From contig OZ024741.1 in NCBI GenBank assembly GCA_964016885.1, positions 186,496,001 to 186,560,000 of the forward strand: 64,000 nucleotides of DNA. The letters run 5' to 3'. Origin of the DNA: Eledone cirrhosa. Lineage: Eukaryota. The translations under genes were made by a program, and so were the position numbers. The notes beneath the pieces are model-generated. The model saw only the letters and a list, made by a program, of their open reading frames with translations. It was not told the DNA's origin and did not search any database. Below are positions 40,661 to 52,255 of this stretch, piece by piece (position 1 is the first letter of the stretch; each line of letters begins with the position of its first letter).

Positions 40661-41314
40661 ATATATGAGTTGCTTGATGGCCAGATTAGTGTCTTTCTAT
40701 GAGAGAATTGGTCTCCGGACCACCCTGGTGATATTTAAATTTGCCAAGGATTCAGACATACAATGACCCAGAGCATACCGGGAGTCATATATAGTAATAA
40801 GAACCTGCCAGGTTCTGCGGGTGGATTACACTTACAAAGATCATTAATTTGGAGGTCTGACTCTTCTTATAGATTGTTCTGGTGTGGCACTCCATAATAG
40901 AAGGTAATCACCCTGATATGAAAACCTTTAGTACTTCTTAGTAGACTACACTGTAATTTATAGATAAGAAACCTAATTTATATATGAGTTGAGAGTTTAT
41001 GTATTGCTTGATGGCCAGATTAGGGTCTTTCTATGAGAGAATTGGTCTCCGGACCACCCTGGTGATATTTAAATTTGCCAAGGATTCAGACATACAATGA
41101 CCCAGAGCTTACCGGGAGTCATACATAGTAATAAGTCCCTGCCAGGTCCTGCGGGTGAAATACTCTTACAAAGATCATTGATTTGGAGGTCTGACTCTTC
41201 TTATGGAATGTTCAGGTGTGGCACTTCATAATAGAAGGTAATCATCCTGATAGGAACACCTTTAGTACTTCTTAATAGACTAAACTGTAATTTATAGATA
41301 AGTAACTTAATTTA
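40661..41314. repeat. Diverged tandem duplication, ~334-bp period, 2 copies
   Basis: tgcttgatggccagattag at 40671 and 41005; collinear to ~40980 and ~41314. Confidence 0.9.
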
Positions 41315-42293
41315 GAAATTGGTTATAACCTTATATGATAGGGACTCACTTGAAACACCATTAATGTAATTTAAGATAATAAATTTAACTATGAAAATCA
41401 ACTAGTTACCTCCCCTTACGCACTAATTCCCCTTACGCATTAACTCCCCGTAGTCACACACACACTTCTGGAATATACAATGTCATCTCACACAACTAAA
41501 ATAAGAAACGACAAGATATGGTTTATAACTTGACTCTCCAGACACCGAATGCTGAATCATCGTGGATTGTGTGATAGACCTGTAGTCTATATATTGCGTT
41601 TCATGGACTGTGTGAGTGGTGATGTGTGCGAAGACAGTGGTGCTGTTTTGCCTATTTTATAATATGTTTTGTGATATGTTTGATACTTTTGATATTTTGG
41701 TATTTCTCTACATTCGGGATTGTATATCATACAGGTGTATGCGAAAAAATGATTTAACAATACGGCCCACATGATAATATTGATTGCCTGCTTTAACTGC
41801 CTGATTCTACAAGTAACAATCTGCCGCATTCTAATCCTGTATAAATAAGACACGCGTGCATGCTACACGTAAGATTGTTCCATACACTGACTACTCTAAA
41901 CTTTCCTCTTGCTTTATATTCATAAACTGCCAATGTTTTATTTTTATTTTTATTTATTTATTTATTTTATTTTTTTCATTTTAATCCTTTAATCTTTATA
42001 TGTAAATTGCCATGCTATATCATTATGATGGATGTCAACCCACTGTGGGTCAATATATGCATATGTTTTTCTATGTCTCTTGTGTTGAAATGGAGGTCAA
42101 GTATGTTATAGATCACTAAATAGTTGCTCCGAAGAATCCAAATCTCGGTTTGGAGGAAACAATTGTAAGCAAATAAATGATTTAAACTAAACTTTGATTA
42201 TTGTAATCTATATATATATATATATATATATATAAACATATATATATATACGTATATATACATATATATATACATATATATACATATATATAT

Positions 42294-42488
<195 letters not shown>

Positions 42489-42748
42489 TTTCTTTATTAA
42501 CCACAAGGGTTTACATAAAGTAGACATTAAGGACAGTGCAGGACAATGCAGGACGGTACAAATGGGCATTTCTGCGTGTAAAAAAACAAAAACAGAGGAT
42601 GTAACAAAAATAACAATGAAAATAACAATGAAAAATTCCCCAATAGGGGGGAGACTTCGGAGGGACATTTGTGGAGAAAGCCCAGTAAAAAGCCACAATG
42701 ACCCTGACCACCAGGACAAGTGCCCTCTCCCAGTTTTCCACCTTTAGT

Positions 42749-45700
42749 TTACAGATATATACTCAGAGTCGGCCCATTCACTCGGGCCATTCTTGCTTCT
42801 CTCACCCATCTTTCAACAAAATGCTGGGAAGAGAGCACTTCCTTCTCTACTCTGATTTTCCTTTTCAAATGAAATTTGAAAAAGTCAATCAGAGCATCAC
42901 CGAAGAGGTAAGTGCTCGTCTTCAGCCCTTTCAAACGTGTCCACCATACTATCTCTTTCGCCATGGCCACCAGACAGATAAAAACTGCCTGCCCTTCCCG
43001 GCTAAAGGAGGAGGGCGGGGCAATCCTCACGATAGACTCAGATGATAGCTGGATCCGTCCTAAACGCGACAGCAGGTGTTCGACATAAACCCACAAGTCA
43101 GCAATTTTCGGACACTGGACGAGTGCGTGCAGGACGGTTTCGTCGCCCAGCGCGCATCTCGGACATGCCCGGCTGACGGCACCTCCATGCCTGTAGAGTT
43201 TATCCCGAACTGGCAAGGCTCCTCGGTAGCACTGCCAGGCCAGAGATTGCTGGAAGTTGTCCATAGGCCCTGGCCCGAAAGTTCTTCCGAAGAGATTGGC
43301 TAGTTGATTTTCGTCGACGCCTAGAGTTTCCCCGAGTACGTCGTCGCTCTTCCCCTCCACTAATCCTCTATAGAACGCCGAGGTGGAGTTTCCACCGATC
43401 ACATTGCCCGATTGGTCGAGGGCTGTGAGCGCCTGAAGACATTCCAGTCTCCAGGCGCTCCCTCTCGGTCTTCGCTTGACCCAGGACTGCAGCTCCGTCA
43501 AGGAAACGAGCTGGGGAAAAACGCATCTAGCAAACGGCGACCACACCTGATCACCGTCGAGGAAGAGGTGGAGATGTCGTAGCCTGAGCGCGTGCCTGCG
43601 CATCATCAGCCACGGCATGCCCAGCCCTCCACGTAGCGGGTGTTGACAACAGATGGACCGCCTGACCATCGGAGCACGTCCCTTCCACAAAAAGCGAAAG
43701 AGCAAACGCTCCAGCGCAGTCAGGCGAGGCTTAGGACAAGGTACGACGGTTAGGCGGTAGCAGATGACAGACGCGATGTACGCGTTAGCCACCTCCGCTC
43801 GACCTTTCAGGGATAGCTTCCTCTCCGCCCATTTCTGGGTGAGAGAAGCCACCCTGCTCGTCACCTCGTCCCAGTTTTTGTCCGTCTGGAGGTCCGGACC
43901 GAACCAGACCCCTAGCAATTTAACCGGTCCGTCCGTCCAGCGCCCGACGACGCTGTTGGACGGCATGGACCTGCCTCTCCAGGTGCCGAGCTGCAGGCCC
44001 ACTGACTTTTCCTGGTTGATCATTGCTCCTGTCACCGCTTCGTATTCTCTTAGTGTAGTGCCGATCGCCTCGATGTGTTTGGCGTTCGACACCACTACGG
44101 TGACATCGTCCGCATATGCTGACACGGATCTTCCGCATCCTAGTTCGCGCGGGACTCCCCTCAACGTCTCCAGTTTGTGCAGTAATGGCTCGAGAGTCAA
44201 TACGTACAAGAGGGACGAGAGGGGACATCCTTGGCGGACCGAGCGCATGATGTTGAACGGTTCCGACAGGTGACCGTTCACTCTCACTACAGAGCAGATG
44301 TCGCTGTGCATGGCAGCGATCCAGCCTCTGAAGACGGGCCCAAAGCCAGCCGCCCTCAGGACTGCCGCTAGGTAACGATGGTCGACCCTATCGAAAGCTT
44401 TCGACTGATCTAAATTGATCAAGGACCCACCCGTGCCAGGTTCCCTAGCTACCCTCTCTACGATGTATCGCATGAGGTGGAGGTTGTCGTGGATGGATCT
44501 GTCGGGAATGGCGCATGTCTGCGCCTCTCCCACCAGACCAACAACGACAAGCGCCAACCTCTTTGCTAGCACCTTGGCCAAAATCTTAAACTCTGTGTTT
44601 AGCAGAGTTATGGGCCGGAAATTGTCTATGTTATCCCCCTTGTTCGGATCCTTTCTCAGCAGTGCCACCGCTCCTCGGCTCACAGAACTGGGAATTCTCC
44701 CGTTCTGTTGCCAGTTGCAGTAGACGTCTGCCAAGAGGCCTCCGAACAAGTCTGGCATCTGTACGTAAAGTTCATAGGGCAGACCATCCAAACCAGGCGA
44801 TTTACCCCTTGTGCAGCCAGTCATTGCCTCCCGTACTTCAGCGGCTGTTATCGGCTTTTCGCAACACTTCGCCTCAGTGGCCGAGAGCCGCGGCAGTCCG
44901 TCGAGGTAGACACTAAAGTCCATCCCTCTACCCGGCCCCCCGCTGCCCCCGAACAGCTGAGCGAAGTGTCGCTGAAAAGCTTCACACATTTGCCCGGGAT
45001 CGAGTAGCATGCGCCCGTCGTGGTCCACCAAAGACCGGATCGTGGCTTTGTTGCCACGACGCGCCTCCGCCACTCGGGCCCATTGAACGGCTTTCGTCCC
45101 CTCGTGTCTGAGAGCACGCACCCTAGCTCTGACAACGCAGCCTTCGTGCTTTGCATTGAAGAATTGGTCAAGGGCCAATTTCGCCGCAAGCACGTCGGTC
45201 GCAATGCCTTTGCTAAGCGCCTCGTCTAATTTTCTAACTAGTTCTCCCTCTGCTCTATTTTTCTCTATTGCTAAAGCCTTACTAAACCTAATCGATTCTA
45301 TTCTAATCGCTCTTTTCAGAGCAAACCACCACTTGTTGTTGACGATGGCCCCCGTCAACGCCCGCTTAACTAGTTCGCTAATCCGGTCTCTGTAGGCCTT
45401 GCGCGCTGGTAAGGACGCGTTTAGCTTCCAGTAGCCGGGTCCTCGTCTATGAAGCCTATCTAAGTCAAGCACACAGGTCACGAATTTGTGGTCCGTGTAG
45501 CTGACTATCTTGAATTGTGGACAGCCTATGCTAGACCTATCTATTTCCCTACAAAATACTCTATCTAGATATGATCTGGATGACCCTATGCGGTTTGTCC
45601 AAGTCCACATTGGCACATTCGGGAAATCCAATCGGTACCTGTCAGACAGTTCAAAACGCCTGAGCAGGTTGGTGAGGCTCTTGCACCCTCCACCCCTATC

Positions 45701-46168
45701 CGCTAATCCCACACAGTCCCAGCGTGCATCTAAGATCCCGTTCCAGTCGCCCACTAACACTAAAGAGCGGGACGTTCCAAGAAAGGTCTCCAGACGCCGG
45801 AAGAAATCAGGCCGCCCTGCTCCTGTCGGGGCATAGACGGCCACTAGCCTGAAAGCTTGCCCGTCTCCGCTGGTCACGTCCAGCACCACCAGCTTACCCT
45901 CTGGGTCCAGGAAGATGGCCCGTATGGCGAGATCCAAACCTCTCCGAAAAAGCACAGCAACTCCTCCACCCGATCCAGGACGGCTGGGAGATGCGTACAC
46001 ATCGTAGCCGCCGAAGATCGGTGCGAAGGCCCGTGCTTCGGAGATTCTGGTCTCGCTGATGGCCACTACATCTATGTTTAGTGACCTGAGGTCGTTGAGC
46101 AGGTGACCCTGCTTCCATGACGACCCCAAGCCACGCGCATTTATGCTGCCTATTCTGAGTGAGGTCAT
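42749..46168 (-). CDS. LINE ORF2: AP endonuclease + reverse transcriptase + C-terminal zinc finger (1139 aa)
   Basis: SINARG, SET, VYAP, GDWN, YLDR, TDH, WKLN; KSPGLDG, NFRPITLLN, LDQSKAFDRV, VRQGCPLS, AYADD; GGLG; CPRC...ET..H.L.QC. Confidence 0.97.
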   Translation of the reverse strand: MTSLRIGSINARGLGSSWKQGHLLNDLRSLNIDVVAISETRISEARAFAPIFGGYDVYASPSRPGSGGGVAVLFRRGLDLAIRAIFLDPEGKLVVLDVTSGDGQAFRLVAVYAPTGAGRPDFFRRLETFLGTSRSLVLVGDWNGILDARWDCVGLADRGGGCKSLTNLLRRFELSDRYRLDFPNVPMWTWTNRIGSSRSYLDRVFCREIDRSSIGCPQFKIVSYTDHKFVTCVLDLDRLHRRGPGYWKLNASLPARKAYRDRISELVKRALTGAIVNNKWWFALKRAIRIESIRFSKALAIEKNRAEGELVRKLDEALSKGIATDVLAAKLALDQFFNAKHEGCVVRARVRALRHEGTKAVQWARVAEARRGNKATIRSLVDHDGRMLLDPGQMCEAFQRHFAQLFGGSGGPGRGMDFSVYLDGLPRLSATEAKCCEKPITAAEVREAMTGCTRGKSPGLDGLPYELYVQMPDLFGGLLADVYCNWQQNGRIPSSVSRGAVALLRKDPNKGDNIDNFRPITLLNTEFKILAKVLAKRLALVVVGLVGEAQTCAIPDRSIHDNLHLMRYIVERVAREPGTGGSLINLDQSKAFDRVDHRYLAAVLRAAGFGPVFRGWIAAMHSDICSVVRVNGHLSEPFNIMRSVRQGCPLSSLLYVLTLEPLLHKLETLRGVPRELGCGRSVSAYADDVTVVVSNAKHIEAIGTTLREYEAVTGAMINQEKSVGLQLGTWRGRSMPSNSVVGRWTDGPVKLLGVWFGPDLQTDKNWDEVTSRVASLTQKWAERKLSLKGRAEVANAYIASVICYRLTVVPCPKPRLTALERLLFRFLWKGRAPMVRRSICCQHPLRGGLGMPWLMMRRHALRLRHLHLFLDGDQVWSPFARCVFPQLVSLTELQSWVKRRPRGSAWRLECLQALTALDQSGNVIGGNSTSAFYRGLVEGKSDDVLGETLGVDENQLANLFGRTFGPGPMDNFQQSLAWQCYRGALPVRDKLYRHGGAVSRACPRCALGDETVLHALVQCPKIADLWVYVEHLLSRLGRIQLSSESIVRIAPPSSFSREGQAVFICLVAMAKEIVWWTRLKGLKTSTYLFGDALIDFFKFHLKRKIRVEKEVLSSQHFVERWVREARMARVNGPTLSIYL

Positions 46169-46203
46169 GTTTAAAATAGAGTGGAAAAGATGGGAAAGAC
46201 CAC

Positions 46204-48297
46204 TTACCGTACTTTTGGTAGAGGAGGGATGGTTTTTACATCCCTTTTCACTTGATCGTCTGGTGAAGGGACCGTTGAATCGTCCCTTCGGCTGGTCGTC
46301 GGCTCTTCTAAGAGAATGTCTGAATATACTCTTCGATTAATGGTTCCTCCTAGGTCCCTGAAATCACCAACTGCGTTGGGGAATTTCGTTTTAATGTTTG
46401 TGTATTGTTTCTGTGCTATTTTTAGCAGTCTTATGTTAGTTGGCGTTTTGATTGGTGCTGGTATTATGTAGTCCTGTTGTGAAATGTCTGTGTGTTCAAT
46501 TATGTAAGTCATTAGTTTCTTGCTGTGTGTGTTTATTGCCGTGCATTTGTTTTTCTGGGGGTGGGGTGTGGTTCTGCTATTTTCTTGTCGTTGTTGCTGG
46601 GTGTGTGTGTTTTGTTCTTGTGTTTGCGATGTTGGTGCTTGTGGTGGTGGTGTTGAAGATGTTGTTGGCGGTGGGGTTGTCGCCGGTGGTGATGGTGGTG
46701 CTGGTGTGGGTGGTGATGGTGTTGGTGGTGTTGCTGCTGTGGGTCTCTTTGCAGTAGACTTTACCCTTTTCTCATTTCTTTCCTCCCTTTTCAAAGGCGA
46801 CGATGCGCTGCTTCTGCGTTTGTGCCTTCTTGCGACCTTTTGCCATCCCTCTCCCACCTCACACTCCATGTCTGATTCTGTAAAGTCGGGGAGGGGTACC
46901 AGCTCCACTCTTTCACTTGTTGTTGTTGGTGATGTTTGCACTGGAGTCTCTGTTGCAGCTGCATTTGGTATTGCTGTTGTTGTTGTTAATATTTCCACTG
47001 CTGCTGCTGTCTTTGATTTCCGTGGAGTGGGTATGGGTGCCACGGACCTATCGTTCCTGGTTGCCGCTTGTCCTGTTGCTGGTAGCCGTGGAGCCGGATT
47101 CGGAAGGAGGGGGGTTTTCTCCTTTCTCAGGGTCTTCTCGTTGCAGAAGGCCCTGAGGTGAGTCTTCGATCCACAGCGAAAGCATTTCGGGCGTTTGCCC
47201 TCAACACTTATGGGCAGTTGAGTGCCGTTATCGAAGTCTATCACATCCGGGATAGCTTCGATGCACTCCTGGTTGGTTTGGATTAGCATCTCAATGGAGG
47301 AGCCGACCCAATCTTCTCTTACTTTTTTCTGTACTTGCAGTACAGTTGTTTTGTCCTCGATTCCGACGAGGACAGACGCGGCCAGCCAAGAAGGGGTCAT
47401 TCCGGGGGGGACGTGGGTCAGTTTGACCCTCACAATTTTTTGCCCGCAGTAGGAGGGCACCAACACCATTTCCTCGCTCCTTAGGGTCACTACTGATTGG
47501 GCCTTTGCCTCCTGGGGTGTGGCAAAAAGTACGTCTACGGTGGCATATTTTTTGCCTCGGGTGATGTGCGTTTTCCGCTGCCACACAGACCCCAAGGCTT
47601 TTTGTATTTGGGCCTCTGTGGCTCTTTCCACCCTACGGGATTTTGTACTTACTGTACGGTACGTGACCGTACAGTGCTCTTGGGTCTCGAAAAACTTTTC
47701 CGCTGCCTTGCAGATTGCTCGGTGTCCGTTCTTTGTCACCATCTTCTTCGCTTCCTCTAATTCCTCATTTGTTATGAGGATTGTTTCCAAGTTTTTCGCA
47801 ATACCTGCAAATGAGATTGGTTTTTCTCTGCTGTTGTTGTTGTCGTCAGAGCTGCTGGTACTTTTGTTGTTGCTGCAGGTACTACGACTACTGCCTCCGC
47901 CGCTGTTGCTGTGGTTGTTGTTGGTGTTGCTGCTGCTAATGCTGTTGTTGTTTATGCTACTGGTGATGCTGTTGCGGCTGCTACTGTTGTTTTCATTGTC
48001 ACTGTTGCTGTTGTTATTACGGCTGCTACTGCTATTATTCCTGACGTCAGACGAATGAACTGGGTTTTCGTATTTCCCGCACACCTGTTTCGTCGCTGTC
48101 GTCGTCGTCGTGGAGAAACCTTGCACGCTTTGCACGAGACTTTTCTTTTCTTTCGTCACTTGCGAAAGAGAAGGGAGGGAGAGAGACACATTTAAAGAAG
48201 GGAGGGAGAGAGACAATCTTCTCTCTGCTGTAGTGATGATTGAGGAAGAAGACGGAATGAGTGGGAGTGACGTATGAAATTTCTTTTTCGTAGCCAT
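46204..48297 (-). CDS. LINE ORF1 nucleic-acid-binding protein with CCHC zinc knuckle (697 aa)
   Basis: Directly upstream of ORF2; CFRCGSKTHLRAFC knuckle; N/S/T- and P-rich low-complexity tracts. Confidence 0.92.
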   Translation of the reverse strand: MATKKKFHTSLPLIPSSSSIITTAERRLSLSLPSLNVSLSLPSLSQVTKEKKSLVQSVQGFSTTTTTATKQVCGKYENPVHSSDVRNNSSSSRNNNSNSDNENNSSSRNSITSSINNNSISSSNTNNNHSNSGGGSSRSTCSNNKSTSSSDDNNNSREKPISFAGIAKNLETILITNEELEEAKKMVTKNGHRAICKAAEKFFETQEHCTVTYRTVSTKSRRVERATEAQIQKALGSVWQRKTHITRGKKYATVDVLFATPQEAKAQSVVTLRSEEMVLVPSYCGQKIVRVKLTHVPPGMTPSWLAASVLVGIEDKTTVLQVQKKVREDWVGSSIEMLIQTNQECIEAIPDVIDFDNGTQLPISVEGKRPKCFRCGSKTHLRAFCNEKTLRKEKTPLLPNPAPRLPATGQAATRNDRSVAPIPTPRKSKTAAAVEILTTTTAIPNAAATETPVQTSPTTTSERVELVPLPDFTESDMECEVGEGWQKVARRHKRRSSASSPLKREERNEKRVKSTAKRPTAATPPTPSPPTPAPPSPPATTPPPTTSSTPPPQAPTSQTQEQNTHTQQQRQENSRTTPHPQKNKCTAINTHSKKLMTYIIEHTDISQQDYIIPAPIKTPTNIRLLKIAQKQYTNIKTKFPNAVGDFRDLGGTINRRVYSDILLEEPTTSRRDDSTVPSPDDQVKRDVKTIPPLPKVR

Positions 48298-48511
48298 GTT
48301 GTTTTTTGTTTAAAATGAATATTGGGTACAAAACCCCAATAACTGGTTATTTAGCCCCGAAGGGCCAAATAACGGACAGAAAGACCCCTCTCACGAGGAG
48401 GAGGGTGTCTTTATCAACAATTTGGTTCAAGTTTTAAACAATTTACAATTGTTTTAACGGTTAAAAATTACTATACCTTACAGAGCCGAGCCTCCGTCAA
48501 CCATGGCATTC

Positions 48512-48541
<30 letters not shown>
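48512..48541. repeat. (AAT)10 junction between LINE A 5' end and LINE B 3' end
   Basis: Directly visible. Confidence 0.95.
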
Positions 48542-48543
<2 letters not shown>

Positions 48544-48817
48544 TTTCATTTATTAGCCACAAGGGCCGACATGTAGGGGACAATACAAAGAGAGGGACAG
48601 TGGGGGTTTACAATAAGGTCGAGTAAAAGTGCACAATGGCAAGACTAATTTAACAATGAAAATATAAAATATAAAATAAACTATGCAAAATATAACAAAA
48701 TAAATTCCCCGATATGGGGTGGACGACCCTGGGGTGATTCGGGTACCCCACCAATCCTGAACCACCCTGCGCTTCTAGGGCACCCAGGAGAGCACCCCTC
48801 TCTTCAAGTTAGCTAGC

Positions 48818-51800
48818 CTATAGGCGCATGGTCAGAGTAGGCCCATTCAGACGAGCCATTCTCGCCACATTCACCCACCTTTTAGCAAATGTACTGGGGG
48901 GTAGCACTTCTCTCTCCACCCTCACCCTCCTTTCCAGGTGAAACTTGAAGAAGTTGATGAGGGATTGGCCGAAGAGAAAAGTGTCTGTCTTTAGTCCTTT
49001 CAACCTGGTCCACCATATAATCTCTTTCGCAACTGCCACCAGACAGAGGAAAATGTCCTGCTCTTCCTGACCTAAGGAAGGTGGCGGCTCGATCTTCACT
49101 ATGGACTCGGCCGATAACTGGATTCGTTCCACACGCGACAGTAGCTGTTCGACATAACTCCACAAGTCAGTAATGCACGGACATTGGACAAGTGCGTGCG
49201 GAACGGTTTCGTCGTTCTGTGCGCATCTTGGGCAGGTCCGTCTGACAGCACTTCCGTGCCTGTAGAGTTTATCCCGAACCGGCAGTGCCCCCCGGTAGCA
49301 CTGCCAAGCGAGGGATTTCTGGAAATTGTCCATCGTCCCCGGCTCAAAAGTCCTCCGGTACAGACTGGTCAGTTCGACTTCGTCGAGGCCCAAAGCTTCT
49401 CCGAGTGCGTCATCGCACTTGCCCACCACTAATCCTCTATAAAACTCGAGAGTGGAAGTTCCACTGATCGCATTGCCCGCTTGGTAGAGGGCAGTGAGTG
49501 CCTTGCAACATTCCAGGTGCCAATCACCCAGTCTCGGTCTCTTCTTGACCCAGGACTGCAGCTCAGTCAAAGAAATGAGCTGCGGAAAGGCCCGTCTGAT
49601 AAACGGCGACCACACCTGTTCACCATTGAGGCAGAATATCTGGAGATGTCGCAGCCTCAACGCATGTCTGCGCATCATTAGCCACGGCATGCCCAGCCCT
49701 CCGCGTAGAGGGTGCTGGCAGCAGATGGACCGCCTCACCAACGGAACTTGTCCCCTCCACAAGAATTTGAAGAGGAGCCGTTCCAACTTGACGAGGCGCG
49801 GACGGGGGCAAGGCACGACGGTTAGGCGGTAATAGATGACGGACGCCATGTACGCATTCGCCACCTCCGCGCGACCTTTCAGTGATAGCTTCCTCCCAGC
49901 CCATTTTCGGGTGAGACTGGCTACTCTGCTCGTTACCTCGTCCCAATTCTTTTCCACCTGGAGGTCTGGTCCGAACCAAACCCCGAGCAACTTTACTGGT
50001 CCGTCCGTCCAGCGCCCCACGACGCTGTTGGACGGCATGGGCTTGCCTCTCCAGGTTCCGAGCTGCAAGCCCACCGACTTTTCCGGGTTAAGTTTGGCTC
50101 CTGTCAACCTTTCATATTCTTTCAATAAGGTGCCGACCACCTCGATTTCTGAGGTGTTCGACACCATCACGGTGATGTCGTCCGCATAAGCCGACACCGC
50201 CTTTCCACGTCCCGGTTCGAGCGGGATGCCCTGCAACAGCTCCAGCTTCCGCAGTAAAGGCTCGAGAGTCAATACGTACAGAAGGGGAGAGAGAGGGCAC
50301 CCTTGACGGACCGATCGGGAGAGCCGAAATGGTTCCGAGAGGTGGCCATTAACTTTGACCACCGAGCGTGTGCCGCTGTGCATTGCAACGATCCAGCTTC
50401 TAAAGACAGGGCCGAAGCCAGCTGCTTTGAGGACAAACTCCAGATACCGATGGTCGACCCTATCGAATGCTTTCGATTGATCTAAATTGATCAGTGCCCC
50501 ACCGAAGCCAGGTTTACACCCTACCCTCTCTATGATGTATCGCATGAGGTGGAGATTGTCGTGTATGGACCTGGCTGGGATTGCGCAAGTTTGCGCCTCC
50601 CCAACCAAATCCTCGACGACAAGCGCCAATCTCTTTGCTAACACCTTGGCCAAAATCTTAAACTCTGTGTTGAGCAGAGTTATGGGCCTGAAGTTGTCTA
50701 ATGTATCCCTCTTGTTCTCGTCTTTCCTTATCAGCGTCACCACTCCCCTGCTCACAGAACTGGGAATACTCCCATTCTGCTGCCAGTTACAGTAGAGTGC
50801 TTCGAGGAGTTCGGAGAACAAGTCTGGCATATTTACGTAAAGCTCGTAGGGCAGGTCATCCAAGCCGGGTGACTTGCGCCTCATGCAGCCGACAAGGGCG
50901 TCCTGAATTTCGGCTGAAGTAATCGGCCTTTCGCAGCGCTCAGCGTCGACCGTCGGAATGCGCGGCAAGCCGTCAAGGTAGGGACTGAAATCCGCTACTC
51001 TCTCTGACCGGCCACTCTCCCCGAACAACCCAGCAAAGTACTGGCGAAAGGCCTCACACATCCGCTTGGAATCGCTTATCTCGTGTCCGTCTCGGTCCGC
51101 CAAAGACCGAATTGTGGTTTTATTACCACGCTGCGCCTCCGCCACGCGGGCCCATCGAACAGCTTTAGTTCCCTCGTTTCTCAGCGCACGCGCCTTAGCT
51201 CTGACAATCCAACCTTCGTGTTTGGCATTGAAGAAATGGTCTAATGCCATTCTCGCCGCTAGCACGTCAGTTGCGATGCCACTACAAATAGCCTCGTCTA
51301 ACTTATCTACCAGCTCCCCCTCCTTTCTATTTTTCTCTAACGCTAGTTCTTTGCTGAACTCTATCGAAGTTACTCTAATCTCTCTTTTGAGAGCCCCCCA
51401 CCATCTGTTGTTGATGATCCCCCCCCCCCCCTGTCAACTTTTGCTTAACTAACTTATTGACTCGGTCCCTGTAAGCCTTACGTGCCGGAAATGACATGTT
51501 CAGCTTCCAGTAACCCGGTCCTAACCTACGCGTTTTATTTAGGTCGACCGTACAGATCACAAATTTGTGATCTGAATAGGCGACCGTTTTAAAAAGTGGA
51601 CAGCCCACACTATTTCTATCTATTTTCCTAATGAAGATTCTGTCTATATACGATCTAGATGACCCATTCGGTTGGTCCATGTCCATACTGGCACATTGGG
51701 GAAATCTAGTCGATACCTGTCAGACAGTTGGAACTGGCTGAGTAGGTGCTTGAGGCTTTTGCACCCCCCGCTCCTATCGGCTACTCCCACACAATCCCAG

Positions 51801-52246
51801 CGTGCATCTAAGATGCCATTCCAGTCCCCCGCTAACAGTAAAGGGCGAGACGTACCCAGAAAGGTCTCCAGGCGCCTAAAGAAGTCAGGTCGTCCGGCCC
51901 CTGTAGGGGCGTAGGCGGCCAGCAGTCTAAAGGCACTACCTTCGCTACTGCTCACATCCAAGACCACCAACTTACCGTCCGGGTCCCGGAAGATCGACCT
52001 TACCTCGAGATCCAGTCCTTTCCTAAACAGCACTGCCACCCCACCCCCCATTCCCGGCCTGCTAACAGATGCGAAGATCTGATAGTCGTCGAAAATGGGG
52101 GCTAGTGCACGCGTGTCGGAAATTCTGGTCTCGCTTACGGCAATCACATCCATTTCCAGCGACCGGAGGTCGTTGAGCAGGCGACCCTGCTTCCAGGGTG
52201 ACCCCAGGCCGCGATCATTTAAACTTCCTACTCTTAATATGGCCAT
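48818..52246 (-). pseudogene. LINE B ORF2 in three frames (51644-52246, 51375-51686, 48818-51265)
   Basis: Collinear with ORF2 of element A; frameshifts near 51670 and at the C-run ~51419-51431. Confidence 0.93.
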
Positions 52247-52255
52247 ATTGGTAAG

